In this document: positions 1 to 8,345 of the stretch, piece after piece
Layout of the letters: each line of letters starts with the position of its first letter
How positions within the stretch are numbered: the first letter of the stretch is position 1
From: an uncultured virus (IMG/VR IMGVR_UViG_3300037166_000075)
Taxonomy: Duplodnaviria > Heunggongvirae > Uroviricota > Caudoviricetes
Length of the DNA stretch: 20,000 nucleotides
Strand: one strand, 5' to 3'
IMG/VR virus record: IMGVR_UViG_3300037166_000075
Notes under the pieces: generated by a model
The model's database searches: none
Seen by the model: the letters and a program-made list of their open reading frames with translations, nothing else
What the model was told of the DNA's origin: nothing
Position numbers and translations under genes: made by a program

Positions 1-24
1 GCTCCCGCGACGAGGAGACCCCCG

Positions 25-222
25 ATGTCACGTCCCGATCTCACCCTCCAGGCCGCTCTCCGCATCGCCCATTCGGCCGGCACAGACGCCGCGAACCGTT
101 CCGCGCGTCGCGGCGGGCGCAGCGCTTGGTCGGACACCGATCGCGATGCGGCGCAACGGGCCACGGAGACGGCGCTGCGCGGGTTGGGGTTCGGCCAGTT
201 CGTGACATCAGAGGTCGCCTGA
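25..222 (+). CDS. small hypothetical phage protein
   Basis: ATG preceded by GAGGAG RBS; 1-nt spacing to the next ORF; GC3-rich codons. Confidence 0.7.
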   Translation: MSRPDLTLQAALRIAHSAGTDAANRSARRGGRSAWSDTDRDAAQRATETALRGLGFGQFVTSEVA

Positions 223-223
223 G

Positions 224-604
224 ATGCTCACCGGCCTCTGCACCGCTCTTGAAGCCCAGCCGGCCCCGCCGCTGGTGGTGATCCCGCGGCCTTATCCTGA
301 GTTCGCCGGCGACCTCGACCCGGCGAAGTTGCCGGCCACGGGGCTTCCGCGGAGCGACACCTACCAGTCGCTCGCCGCGCGCCGGGTCCGCGAGACCCGG
401 CAATGGGTCCGCGACGCGATCTACGAAGGCCGGCACTACGAGGCCAGCGAAGAGGTCCGGCTCGCGCTACGGGCGCTCCGGTACTGGCAGCGCCGCCTCG
501 TGCTGGCCCCCGTGCACGATGCGATGCGAGAGCAGCGGCGCCTGCAGCGTGTCGTCGATCTGGCGCGGCGCGAGACGCCGGCCGCGCTGCTGGCCGCAGA
601 ATAG
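224..604 (+). CDS. hypothetical phage protein
   Basis: Operonic packing after 25..222; its TAG stop lies within the left copy of the 8-bp target duplication. Confidence 0.65.
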   Translation: MLTGLCTALEAQPAPPLVVIPRPYPEFAGDLDPAKLPATGLPRSDTYQSLAARRVRETRQWVRDAIYEGRHYEASEEVRLALRALRYWQRRLVLAPVHDAMREQRRLQRVVDLARRETPAALLAAE

Positions 605-628
605 GGGAATTATATAGATGACTCCCTC
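605..628. repeat. left terminal inverted repeat
   Basis: 22/24 match to reverse complement of 1259-1282. Confidence 0.95.
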
Positions 629-1252
629 TAATCATTTCAGAATCGGTCTAGTGGCCGAAGCGTCTGAACTGGTGGAACGATTTCACTACAGCGGCCGTGT
701 GCCTGCCAACTTGCAATGCGTTGGGACTTGGCATGCGGATGGCGGACTGTTCGGAGATCAAGGTCAAGTGATAGCCGCGTGCTTCTTTTCTATCCCGCCG
801 ACACGATGGTCCGAAGATGTCTGGGAATTATCGCGTTTGGTGCGCCGGGATGACGCGGCGGTATCGTTGACCGGCCTGATAGCTGCGACCGTGCGTTTCC
901 TGGCCCGTAGGAAGGCCATGGACCTGTTGGTGTCGTTCGCCGATGCCACGCATGGGCACCACGGGGCATCTACCAAGCGGCTTCATGGGCTTATGCGGGG
1001 CAGCGTGAACGGCGACAGGACGGCCTGATGATTAACGGAGTTTTCCATCCTTGTCGATCTTGTAACTCTCGTTGGGGAACGAGTTCCCCAACGAAATTAG
1101 CCATCCGGTTGCCGGATCACACGATTGAACCGCATTGGGATGACGGCAAGCATCTCTATTGGCGAGCATTGAATAAATCTGGTCGTGCAAAGGCTAAAAG
1201 GTTGGGCTTGGAAGCGTTGGCATATCCAAAACCACAATGGGCAGCGTTATGA
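618..1252 (+). pseudogene. mom: Mom-family (GNAT-fold) adenine modification protein, split by a -1 frameshift at the G4 run 963-966
   Basis: Motifs FHYS, WELSRL, LLVSFAD..HGHHG in frame 1; GIYQAASWAYAG, GKHLY and C-terminal YPK in the -1 frame; one extra G restores H-G-G-I-Y-Q-A. Confidence 0.8.
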
Positions 1253-1258
1253 GGGAGC

Positions 1259-1282
1259 GAGGGAGTAATGTATATAATTCCC
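1259..1282. repeat. right terminal inverted repeat
   Basis: 22/24 match to reverse complement of 605-628; contains TATAAT at 1273-1278. Confidence 0.95.
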
Positions 1283-1300
1283 CAGAATAGGGAGATCGTC

Positions 1301-1777
1301 ATGGACACCAACGTCACCGACACCGTTCGGTCGGAAATCACTGACATCATGGTCGGCGCCTGCACGGCCAGCATCTATCGCACCGGCAGCGTCTACCTGC
1401 ACGGCGGCAGCATTGGCGGCGGTTGCACCATCATCGATCCCGAGCACATGGACGACGCCATCACCGCTCTGACCGCTGCGCGCGATGCCAGCGCCGACCT
1501 GAAGCCGTTGCCGGTCGCCATCGCTGAGGCCAGCAAGCTGATCGACCAGGCGAAGAAGCTGCTGCTGCCCGTTGAGCACGATCTCGGTGTCGAAGCCAGC
1601 GCCGCCGGCGATGCCGATGAGGATGTCGCCGGCGCCTACGTGGACGCCCAGACCGACATGGCCAGCGCCCTCGGTGAGCTGGGCGGCGTGCTCGACGGGC
1701 TGCGGCTGATCTCGTCCGGGATCGCCACCGCACGCCGCTACCGCGCCGAGGCGGCGAAGTCGCGCGCCGCGGCCTGA
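1301..1777 (+). CDS. hypothetical protein (helical, Ala-rich)
   Basis: GGGAG RBS at 1290-1294 favours ATG 1301 over 1268, which lies inside the TIR. Confidence 0.7.
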   Translation: MDTNVTDTVRSEITDIMVGACTASIYRTGSVYLHGGSIGGGCTIIDPEHMDDAITALTAARDASADLKPLPVAIAEASKLIDQAKKLLLPVEHDLGVEASAAGDADEDVAGAYVDAQTDMASALGELGGVLDGLRLISSGIATARRYRAEAAKSRAAA

Positions 1778-1812
1778 TCCATCCCCGCCAGTCTCAACGC
1801 AGGATATCCGCA

Positions 1813-1995
1813 ATGTTCCATGATGAGCCCGTCCCTTCTGACGGCGTGATGACCCGGCAACGCATGCGCGCCGCATCGCGTGCCACTGCCAAGGCCGAGC
1901 GCCAGGAGGCCGGGCGCCAGGTTCACCTCGCCCGCCGCAACGCACTGCTGGCACGCCGCCGCGCACGGAACGCCGGCCACAAGGCCGCGGCATGA
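1813..1995 (+). CDS. small basic hypothetical protein
   Basis: AGGA RBS; ATGA overlap with next ORF. Confidence 0.55.
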   Translation: MFHDEPVPSDGVMTRQRMRAASRATAKAERQEAGRQVHLARRNALLARRRARNAGHKAAA

Positions 1996-2815
1996 CTCCC
2001 GCCCTTCCCGCGCGCCCAATCCACGAGGCACTGGACCGGCTCGCGCGAGGGCTTCGCGCCGCTCCCGTTGCTGCTGCGCGCACCCTGGTGGTCACCGACG
2101 AACTGCCGGAGATCGTGGCCGCGATCGCGGATCGCGTGGAACCGGAAGGCCACGCGAGCAGCGCGCAGACTGCGCAGCCCGAGGTCTGCACCGCGGCCGC
2201 GGCCCCCTTGAACCCGCGCGTGCTGCGCGCCGACGTGGAGGCGCTGAACGAGGCGGCGCGGATGTGTGACCGCCGCATCGCGCCGTCCGGCGAACGGCTC
2301 CGGCTGACGGCGATCCATCTCGACATCGTGGCCGAGCAACTGGAGCAGGTTGAGCGCTGCGCCGCCCTGCTGATCAGCTACCGCGACACCCTGGAGGCAC
2401 ACGGCGTCGTCGGGCTGCCGATCGGGGTGCATGACGCGAAGCTGCTGGCGCAGTCCCTCGCCGTGGTGGCGCGGACCCTGGCACCTCAGGCTCCGGGGAC
2501 GAGCGAGTTGCCGGCGGGCGTGGCCCGGCTGCCGATGCGCGAGGAAGCGACGCGCTTGCTGTCGGGGCCGGCTCTCGCCAACGCCAAGCTGGCTGGCGAC
2601 ATCACCGAGCGCATCGTCAAGGAGCTGGCCGATCGCTCCGCCACCGATCGCTGCATGATCCTGACCACCGTCGCGACCGGCCTGGCGATGGACGCGCTGA
2701 TCCGGCGCCGCGATCAGCGCACCGCCACGGCGATGTTCGAGACACGGATCTCGGGCAACTCGAAGCCGACCCCTCCGAGCTCGCGGTCGAGACGGTGCCG
2801 GAGCACGTGAACTGA
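1992..2815 (+). CDS. hypothetical protein; probable frameshift near the 3' end
   Basis: ORF 1992..2810; the -1 frame from about 2753 gives GC3-rich GQLEADPSELAVETVPEHVN* ending in a TGATG overlap with the ATG at 2815. Confidence 0.6.
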
Positions 2816-3222
2816 TGCCCACCCCCCGCAAGATCTGGTGCTGCGGCTGCGGCAAGACGGTCTCCGCGCGCCTGACGAATGGTGCCGAAGTCTACTCAGG
2901 CCGCGCCGATCTTGCGGAACTGCCGTTCTGGCGCTGCGATGTCTGCCGCAACTTCGTCGGCTGCCACCACAAGACAAACAACCCGACGCGCCCGCTCGGC
3001 GTGATCCCGACACCGGAGATCAAGGGTGCCAGGCGGCACATCCACCGCATCCTCGACCCGCTCTGGCAGAGCGGCCGGATGCAGCGCGGAGAAGTCTACG
3101 TGCTGATCTCGGAACGCCTCGGCCGGCAGTACCACACTGCCGAGATCCGCAGCATCGAGGAGGCCCGCGAAGTCTACCGCGTCGTGCAGGCGGTCGCGAA
3201 GGAGTTCCCGGTCCATGCGTGA
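2815..3222 (+). CDS. DUF3268-family zinc-finger protein
   Basis: CCGC...FWRCDVC..FVGCH...PLG...R.HIH..LDPLW..G.M.R..VY..I...LG..YH pattern. Confidence 0.8.
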   Translation: MPTPRKIWCCGCGKTVSARLTNGAEVYSGRADLAELPFWRCDVCRNFVGCHHKTNNPTRPLGVIPTPEIKGARRHIHRILDPLWQSGRMQRGEVYVLISERLGRQYHTAEIRSIEEAREVYRVVQAVAKEFPVHA

Positions 3223-3550
3223 CAACATGCCGCCGCGCCGTGTGGATCAGCCGGAGCCCGGGCTCTTCCGTTGCCGCCTGGTGCGCCGCGGGCCCTGGGT
3301 TCCGGCGGCGATCCGCCACGAAGCCGGCCTGTGGTGGGCCGAACTGAACGGCGAGCGGCTCGAAGCCGCGGCCGATCCCGCGCATGCCCCCAAGGTGTTC
3401 GAGATCTGGCTCAGCGGCCACGTCATCGACCGGGCCGAGTACGAGCACATGCAGCGCGTCCGGGGCTTCGCCGAGCGCTATGCGCCGGCACACCCCGGCG
3501 CGAAGCCGCGCGAGCCGATCGTGCTGGCGCAGCTACCCCCCGTTTACTGA
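3215..3550 (+). CDS. conserved hypothetical phage protein
   Basis: PEPGLFRCRLVRRGPWVPAAI motif typical of alphaproteobacterial phage recombination regions; overlaps upstream stop. Confidence 0.7.
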   Translation: MRDNMPPRRVDQPEPGLFRCRLVRRGPWVPAAIRHEAGLWWAELNGERLEAAADPAHAPKVFEIWLSGHVIDRAEYEHMQRVRGFAERYAPAHPGAKPREPIVLAQLPPVY

Positions 3551-3563
3551 GGACAGGAGAGAG

Positions 3564-4415
3564 ATGGGAACGCAGGAAACGATTGCCGCGACTGTCACCG
3601 AGGCCATCAGCGAAGCCACGGCGACGATCGGCGACAACAGCCGTCATGCCTACATCGACCTCGCGGTCGTGCTGGCACCGGAGTGGTTGAGCGACAACAT
3701 GGAGGCCGGCTACGGCGACCGCCGGAAGCGCGGCGGCGAACTGATGGCCGCCAACCTGCGCTTCCTTGCCGCCAACCCAGACGGCATCAAGGACGACGAG
3801 ACGCAAGGCCGCGCTTCGGCCTTCGCGCGGCAGCTCGGCGACGAGATCAAGTCGCTCGATACCGCCCGCATGGAATCGGGCGCCCCGATCCGTCAGGCTA
3901 CCGGCATCGTCAACAGTTGGTGGGCGGCGCTGATTGATCCGCTGAAGAACGCGCGGGCCGGCGTCATGAGTCACATCGACAAGTACGCCAAGGACCGCGC
4001 CGATGCGGCCCGCAAGACGGCCGAGGAAGAGGCCCAACGCAAGCGGGAAGAAGCTGCGAACCTCGCGGCAATGGCCGAGCGCAGCGGTGACGTCGCCACG
4101 ATGGACCGCGCCATCGAAGCCGAGCAGGCGGCCGAGGACATGCACGCTGCTGCTGCGGCGAGCCCTGCGGCGCTGAGTCGCGTCCGCGGCGACCTCGGTA
4201 CCACCACCAGCCTGCGGACGCGCTGGAGCTGGGCCGAGGATCCCGCCACTGGCGGCCTGATGGCACTCGTGCGCGCCGTGGCTGCGGGCACGCAGCCCTC
4301 GAACCTGCTAGTACCGAACAAGGCCATTCTCGACGCACTCGCCCGCGACAAGAACAGCCGCAGCATCATCCCGGGCATCCGCTGGGTATCCGAACAGAGG
4401 GCGGTCGTGCGGTGA
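3564..4415 (+). CDS. coiled-coil phage protein of the recombination module
   Basis: AGGAGA RBS before ATG 3564; long E/A/R/K helical segment; C-terminal TSLRTRW...IPGIR. Confidence 0.7.
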   Translation: MGTQETIAATVTEAISEATATIGDNSRHAYIDLAVVLAPEWLSDNMEAGYGDRRKRGGELMAANLRFLAANPDGIKDDETQGRASAFARQLGDEIKSLDTARMESGAPIRQATGIVNSWWAALIDPLKNARAGVMSHIDKYAKDRADAARKTAEEEAQRKREEAANLAAMAERSGDVATMDRAIEAEQAAEDMHAAAAASPAALSRVRGDLGTTTSLRTRWSWAEDPATGGLMALVRAVAAGTQPSNLLVPNKAILDALARDKNSRSIIPGIRWVSEQRAVVR

Positions 4416-4747
4416 AAACGCCATACGGCATCTACCTGCCCGGCAAAGCCGAGCCGGAGCGGCGCGACGTCGACTGGCCGCATGATCCCGGCTACGACCG
4501 CATCCGCGATCTCATCAGGCCGCTGCTTGACGGCGGCAAGCTCGAACACGTCACGGTTCTGCACAACGGCAAGCCGGCAGACATGTTCGTCGATGAGGAT
4601 TTCCAAGACAAGGGACTGCCACGGAACGACGCCGCGACCGCGATCTACCGCGCGTACTCGCTCAAGTGCCAACCCGGCACGGATCCCGAAACGCTTCCAG
4701 CAATCGCCGGGCCGGCCATCATCTTTGAGAGGAGAGTTTGGCTTTGA
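4412..4747 (+). CDS. DUF3846-like protein
   Basis: MFVDE..GLPRN..AT..Y....IAGPAII pattern; GTGA overlap. Confidence 0.65.
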   Translation: MKTPYGIYLPGKAEPERRDVDWPHDPGYDRIRDLIRPLLDGGKLEHVTVLHNGKPADMFVDEDFQDKGLPRNDAATAIYRAYSLKCQPGTDPETLPAIAGPAIIFERRVWL

Positions 4748-5340
4748 CCACCACCTACTTTCACTGCGACGTCACCGGCCCGTGGCTCTGGGAGCTGCCT
4801 GCCGATGCGCCGCAACAGCCACACCTGCTGCGTCTCTCTCTGCTCAAGGCGGACAGCGCGGGCGGTGAGGCGACACCCGAGGTGTTGTTCGTCAAGCCCG
4901 AGGCGTCCTGGACGCTCGACGGTGAAACGCTGTTCCACGCCGGACTCGATGGCGTCTACGTGACGCAGTATGGCCAGCCGCAGGCCGTGGTGCTGCGCCG
5001 GTTCCTGGATTACGCGGCCGTCTCGGAGCGTTTCGTCGCGTACAACGCCGAGTTCCATACGCGCGTGCTGCGCCGGACTGCGGCTGACCTCGGCGTGATC
5101 TGGCCAGACATGGAGGTGGAATGTGCGATGCGGCGCTCCACCAACATCGTGCGCGTGCCGAAGATGCAGCCGGGCGGTGGCTTCAAGTGGCCGAAGATGA
5201 GCGAGGCGCACCAGTACTTCGCCGGTACCGACATCCCGCACGGTCAGGGGGCTGAGATCGACGGCGCTGAGCTGGTGATGGCCGTCCGGCTGATCGACAC
5301 CTGCCTCGATTCCGAATTCGCGGAGGTTGAACCCCGATGA
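4744..5340 (+). CDS. DEDDh/DnaQ-like 3'-5' exonuclease homologue with degenerate active site
   Basis: YFHCDVTG (ExoI), VAYNAEFH (ExoII), KWPKMSEAHQYF; GAGGAG RBS with TTG start overlapping the upstream stop. Confidence 0.65.
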   Translation: MTTTYFHCDVTGPWLWELPADAPQQPHLLRLSLLKADSAGGEATPEVLFVKPEASWTLDGETLFHAGLDGVYVTQYGQPQAVVLRRFLDYAAVSERFVAYNAEFHTRVLRRTAADLGVIWPDMEVECAMRRSTNIVRVPKMQPGGGFKWPKMSEAHQYFAGTDIPHGQGAEIDGAELVMAVRLIDTCLDSEFAEVEPR

Positions 5341-7178
5341 GTGGATCAAACGCCTTCGCCCTGGCACCGACGCGCGCCCAGGGCCAGTTTCTTGAAGCGG
5401 TCCGCAGCGGTGGTGGCGGTTTCGACCCTGATGTCTGGCACGTCATGGATGCCAGGGACAATGCCCTGATCGCCACCGAGATCCTGCATGGCGCCGGCTC
5501 GTCCAAGTTCGTCTATTCCTTCCCGATCAAGGGGCAGAAGGACCCCGTTGCCGGCATCTCCGTCATCGGTGCCCGCCATCTCGCCGCCCACTACGGTGGC
5601 CTCAAGCATCGCCTGCTCGGCAGCGTGCAGAAGACGGGCGCACTGCTGACCTTCACCAGCTATCCGGCGCCCGGCGTACCGATGCACGTCGAATGCTCCC
5701 GCATTCCCGAGCTGGCCGACGAGCCCGATTTCTTCGAGGCGGTCTGCGAGGTTGAAGACATCAAGGCCGGCAACGCGGTGCAGATGATCCGCCGCGAACT
5801 GCGCTACGAGACGACGCGCGAGGGCAATCTCTACGATCGGCCGCACTATGCGACGATCGCGCAAAGCAAGGCGTACCGAAACGGCGTGCTCGCGCTGATC
5901 CCGCAGGACGTGCAGATCCAGTGGAAGCTGCAGCAGCTCGCGCTGGGAAAAGATGAGGTTATCACCGGCAGCGTAATCGAGGAGAAGCGCGTCGGTGTCC
6001 TGCAGTTCGCCGCCCGCAAGGGCATCCCGCTCGACCGGCGCGCGATCGAAGCCCTGACCATCGAGCAGATCACCGGGCTGTCGGAGGCGGTGCGCGGCGA
6101 GGGCCTGGACCAATTCCGTGCGTCTGCTCAGGCGCTCGGCATCGTGCAGACCAGGCCGAGCGAGCAGACGCATCCCGGCCTGGTCATGACGGCGAGCTCG
6201 CGGGCACCTTCGGCGCAATCCGGCGGAAATGCCGAACCGCGGCAGCCCCGCCAGGACGTCCAGCAGCAGGCGGCTGCCACCGACGGACCTCCGGCCGGGC
6301 ATCCCGCCAACGGACCGGCAGAGCCTTCGGCTCCGCAGCAGACCCAGCAACAGCCCACCAACAACGCGCAGCCCAGCGCCGGTCAGCAGCCTCAACAGCC
6401 GGCCCCGACCTTCGAGGCTTACGTCGTGGACGAGTTCGGCGAGCTGCAGATGGACGGTGACCGCACTGCCTACTACCGCGATCCCGTCGTGTTCGCCCGG
6501 AGTTTCGTCAACCGTGCCATGACGATCGGCAACCTGCCGACGTTCCTGGAGAACAATGCCGATGCCATCGAGGACGCCCGCAAGGCCAACCCCGAGGCGG
6601 CGAAGATCCTGACCGAACTGGACGCGCTGGTGAAGCCACGGCCGGCCGACGGCGCCGGACAGCAGCAGGCCCCGCAGCAAACCCAGGAGAAGGTGTCGCG
6701 CTGCGTCCAGTTGCCGCAGAAGGGCAACCGGTTCGATCTCGCCGGCTACCTCGTGGCCCTGAAGGCGTCGGCCGACCAGATCACGGATCTCGATGACCTC
6801 ACAGCCTGGTGGACCGAGCAGGAGCCGGTGCGCGCCAAGCTGCCCAGCGTGACGAAGCACGGGGCCGAGCACATCCTCGCCGATCGCCGCAGCGCGCTCT
6901 CGGCGCCGCAGCAGCCCCAGGGCGCCGGGCAGCAACAGGCCCAGCAGCAGCAGCCCGCGGCACCGCAGCCGTCGGGCCCGGACTGGAACGTCATGGCCCA
7001 GGGCATGCTGTCCGACATCCGGGCCTGCAAGAAGCTCGGCGACCTGGACGACATCGAGAGCAACGTCGCGCACCAGTCGCAAATGCGGCGCCTGGAAGCG
7101 GCCGACGCCGGGCTGGCACAGCAGATCCGGGACGCCAAGCAGCATCGCCGTGCCGAGATCGCCGGGGGGAAGCCGTGA
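5337..7178 (+). CDS. putative single-strand annealing protein/recombinase with long Q/P-rich linkers
   Basis: N-terminal VYSFP..G...GISV.GAR.LA..YG...AQSKAYRN..L.LIP pattern; adjacent to exonuclease homologue; low-complexity linkers separate C-terminal helical domains. Confidence 0.5.
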   Translation: MSGSNAFALAPTRAQGQFLEAVRSGGGGFDPDVWHVMDARDNALIATEILHGAGSSKFVYSFPIKGQKDPVAGISVIGARHLAAHYGGLKHRLLGSVQKTGALLTFTSYPAPGVPMHVECSRIPELADEPDFFEAVCEVEDIKAGNAVQMIRRELRYETTREGNLYDRPHYATIAQSKAYRNGVLALIPQDVQIQWKLQQLALGKDEVITGSVIEEKRVGVLQFAARKGIPLDRRAIEALTIEQITGLSEAVRGEGLDQFRASAQALGIVQTRPSEQTHPGLVMTASSRAPSAQSGGNAEPRQPRQDVQQQAAATDGPPAGHPANGPAEPSAPQQTQQQPTNNAQPSAGQQPQQPAPTFEAYVVDEFGELQMDGDRTAYYRDPVVFARSFVNRAMTIGNLPTFLENNADAIEDARKANPEAAKILTELDALVKPRPADGAGQQQAPQQTQEKVSRCVQLPQKGNRFDLAGYLVALKASADQITDLDDLTAWWTEQEPVRAKLPSVTKHGAEHILADRRSALSAPQQPQGAGQQQAQQQQPAAPQPSGPDWNVMAQGMLSDIRACKKLGDLDDIESNVAHQSQMRRLEAADAGLAQQIRDAKQHRRAEIAGGKP

Positions 7179-7891
7179 GCTACTCGGCGGCGTCGGTCTC
7201 CCCGGCCGACGCCTCGCCGCTGCACGGCGGGGATTGGACCGACGAGGAGAAGACGCGTCTCCGCGAACTGTGGAGCGGCCCCAGCTCGTCCGGTGCGATC
7301 GCGCTGCTGATGCACCGCTCGAAGAACGCGGTGGTCGGCATGGTGCACCGTCTCGGGCTGCCCGGCCGGCCATCGCCGATCAAGGGGCACCGTACAACTC
7401 CGGCCCAGCGACTCCCGCACAGCAAGCCGCCGGTGCTGACACTGCCGGTGCTGCCGAGCATGGTGCCGGTTGTCCCGGCCACAGTCGTCGCCCAGCGCGA
7501 GCGGCAGACGCCCACTCCGGAGCCGCCGCCGAAGCCGACCGTGTTCAAGCCGCGCGCCTGCGGTCTTTGCTGCTGGCCGGTCGGCGAGCCCGGCACTCGC
7601 GGCTTCCACTTCTGCGAGGCAGGAACACTGCCGGGCAAGCCGTACTGCGCCGAGCACGCGCGCCTCGCCTACGTGAAGGTCTGGCCTTTCGCCCAGGAGG
7701 TGTCGTGGGACGATGTTGCCCGCGAGGCCCGCCGGGTCGGCATCGTCGCCCGTTCGCCACAGCATGCCATCGCCCAGCTCAACGAACAGCGCCGCGCCAG
7801 GGGCGAGCCCGCGCTGCACGTCGATCCTGTCGCGGCGACGCATTGGATTGCTGCCGCATCGCCCGCTGTACAAGGAGGGCTTCCGGCATGA
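7175..7891 (+). CDS. gcrA: GcrA-family cell-cycle transcription regulator with C-terminal extension
   Basis: WTDEE..RLRELW...S...IA....SKNAVVGMVHRLGL and CCWPVGEP....FHFC......KPYCAEHARLAY; GTG start overlapping upstream TGA. Confidence 0.9.
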   Translation: MSYSAASVSPADASPLHGGDWTDEEKTRLRELWSGPSSSGAIALLMHRSKNAVVGMVHRLGLPGRPSPIKGHRTTPAQRLPHSKPPVLTLPVLPSMVPVVPATVVAQRERQTPTPEPPPKPTVFKPRACGLCCWPVGEPGTRGFHFCEAGTLPGKPYCAEHARLAYVKVWPFAQEVSWDDVAREARRVGIVARSPQHAIAQLNEQRRARGEPALHVDPVAATHWIAAASPAVQGGLPA

Positions 7892-8238
7892 CATCGCCTC
7901 TGACCATTGTCCGGACGATCGCCGCCCAGGCCGCGCAGCACGACCTCAGCTCGCGCCAGCTCGCGGTGTTCGCCGAGGTGTACTGCACCGGCGAACTGCT
8001 GAGCGTGAAGCACCTAGCCGAGCGGCTCGGCTGGCGCGCGAAGTCTCCCGTCACCCGCGCGCTGGACCGGCTTTGCGCGCTCAGCCTCGTGCGGCGCAAG
8101 ATCGACCCGCGGGACCCCCGCATGATCCAGGTCATCAAGACCGATGACGGCAACCGCTACGTCGCAGTGCTGGAGCATGCCGTCGGCAAGGCGCTGTCGG
8201 CAGAGCCCGCGGCGGTACCGCAGAAGCGGGCCGCGTAG
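7888..8238 (+). CDS. MarR-family winged-helix regulator
   Basis: LSSRQLAVF...SVKHLAERLG...KSPVTRALDRL..LSLVRRKIDPRDPR; AGGAGG RBS. Confidence 0.85.
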   Translation: MTSPLTIVRTIAAQAAQHDLSSRQLAVFAEVYCTGELLSVKHLAERLGWRAKSPVTRALDRLCALSLVRRKIDPRDPRMIQVIKTDDGNRYVAVLEHAVGKALSAEPAAVPQKRAA

Positions 8239-8240
8239 CC

Positions 8241-8345
8241 ATGCTCCCTTGGATCAATCGCCACTTCGCCGGCTCCGCGGTCGCATTCGCGGTGGCGGTC
8301 GCTCTCATCGTCGCCGGCGTCATGCTGCTGGGAGAAGGAAGGTGA
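8241..8345 (+). CDS. 34-aa single-TM membrane peptide (not in ORF track)
   Basis: MLPWINRHFAGSAVAFAVAVALIVAGVMLLGEGR*; fills the gap exactly and has a TGATG overlap with the next gene. Confidence 0.65.
   Translation: MLPWINRHFAGSAVAFAVAVALIVAGVMLLGEGR

Larger units (their letters stand above)
605..1282. mobile_element. non-autonomous IS1595-family (ISNwi1-group-like) mobile insertion cassette carrying a mom-like gene
   Basis: TIR-L 605-628 GGGAATTATATAGATGACTCCCTC vs reverse complement of 1259-1282 GGGAATTATATACATTACTCCCTC (22/24); 8-bp direct repeat CAGAATAG at 597-604 and 1283-1290; AT-richer than flanks; no transposase inside; ends fit the ggnnatTAT consensus and 8-bp DR of the ISNwi1 group. 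Confidence 0.85.

Noticed and set aside
1268..1300. Longer start for the 169-aa ORF
   Set aside because: It lies within the right TIR/target duplication; the RBS supports ATG 1301
6240..6975. CAG-rich repeats as array, CRISPR or DGR
   Set aside because: They encode Q/P-rich linkers; there are no regular repeat-spacer units and no RT or cas gene
5346..7373. 675-aa antisense ORF and other long overlapping ORFs
   Set aside because: Shadow ORFs of high-GC coding sequence; the opposite strand has recognisable motifs and coupled starts and stops
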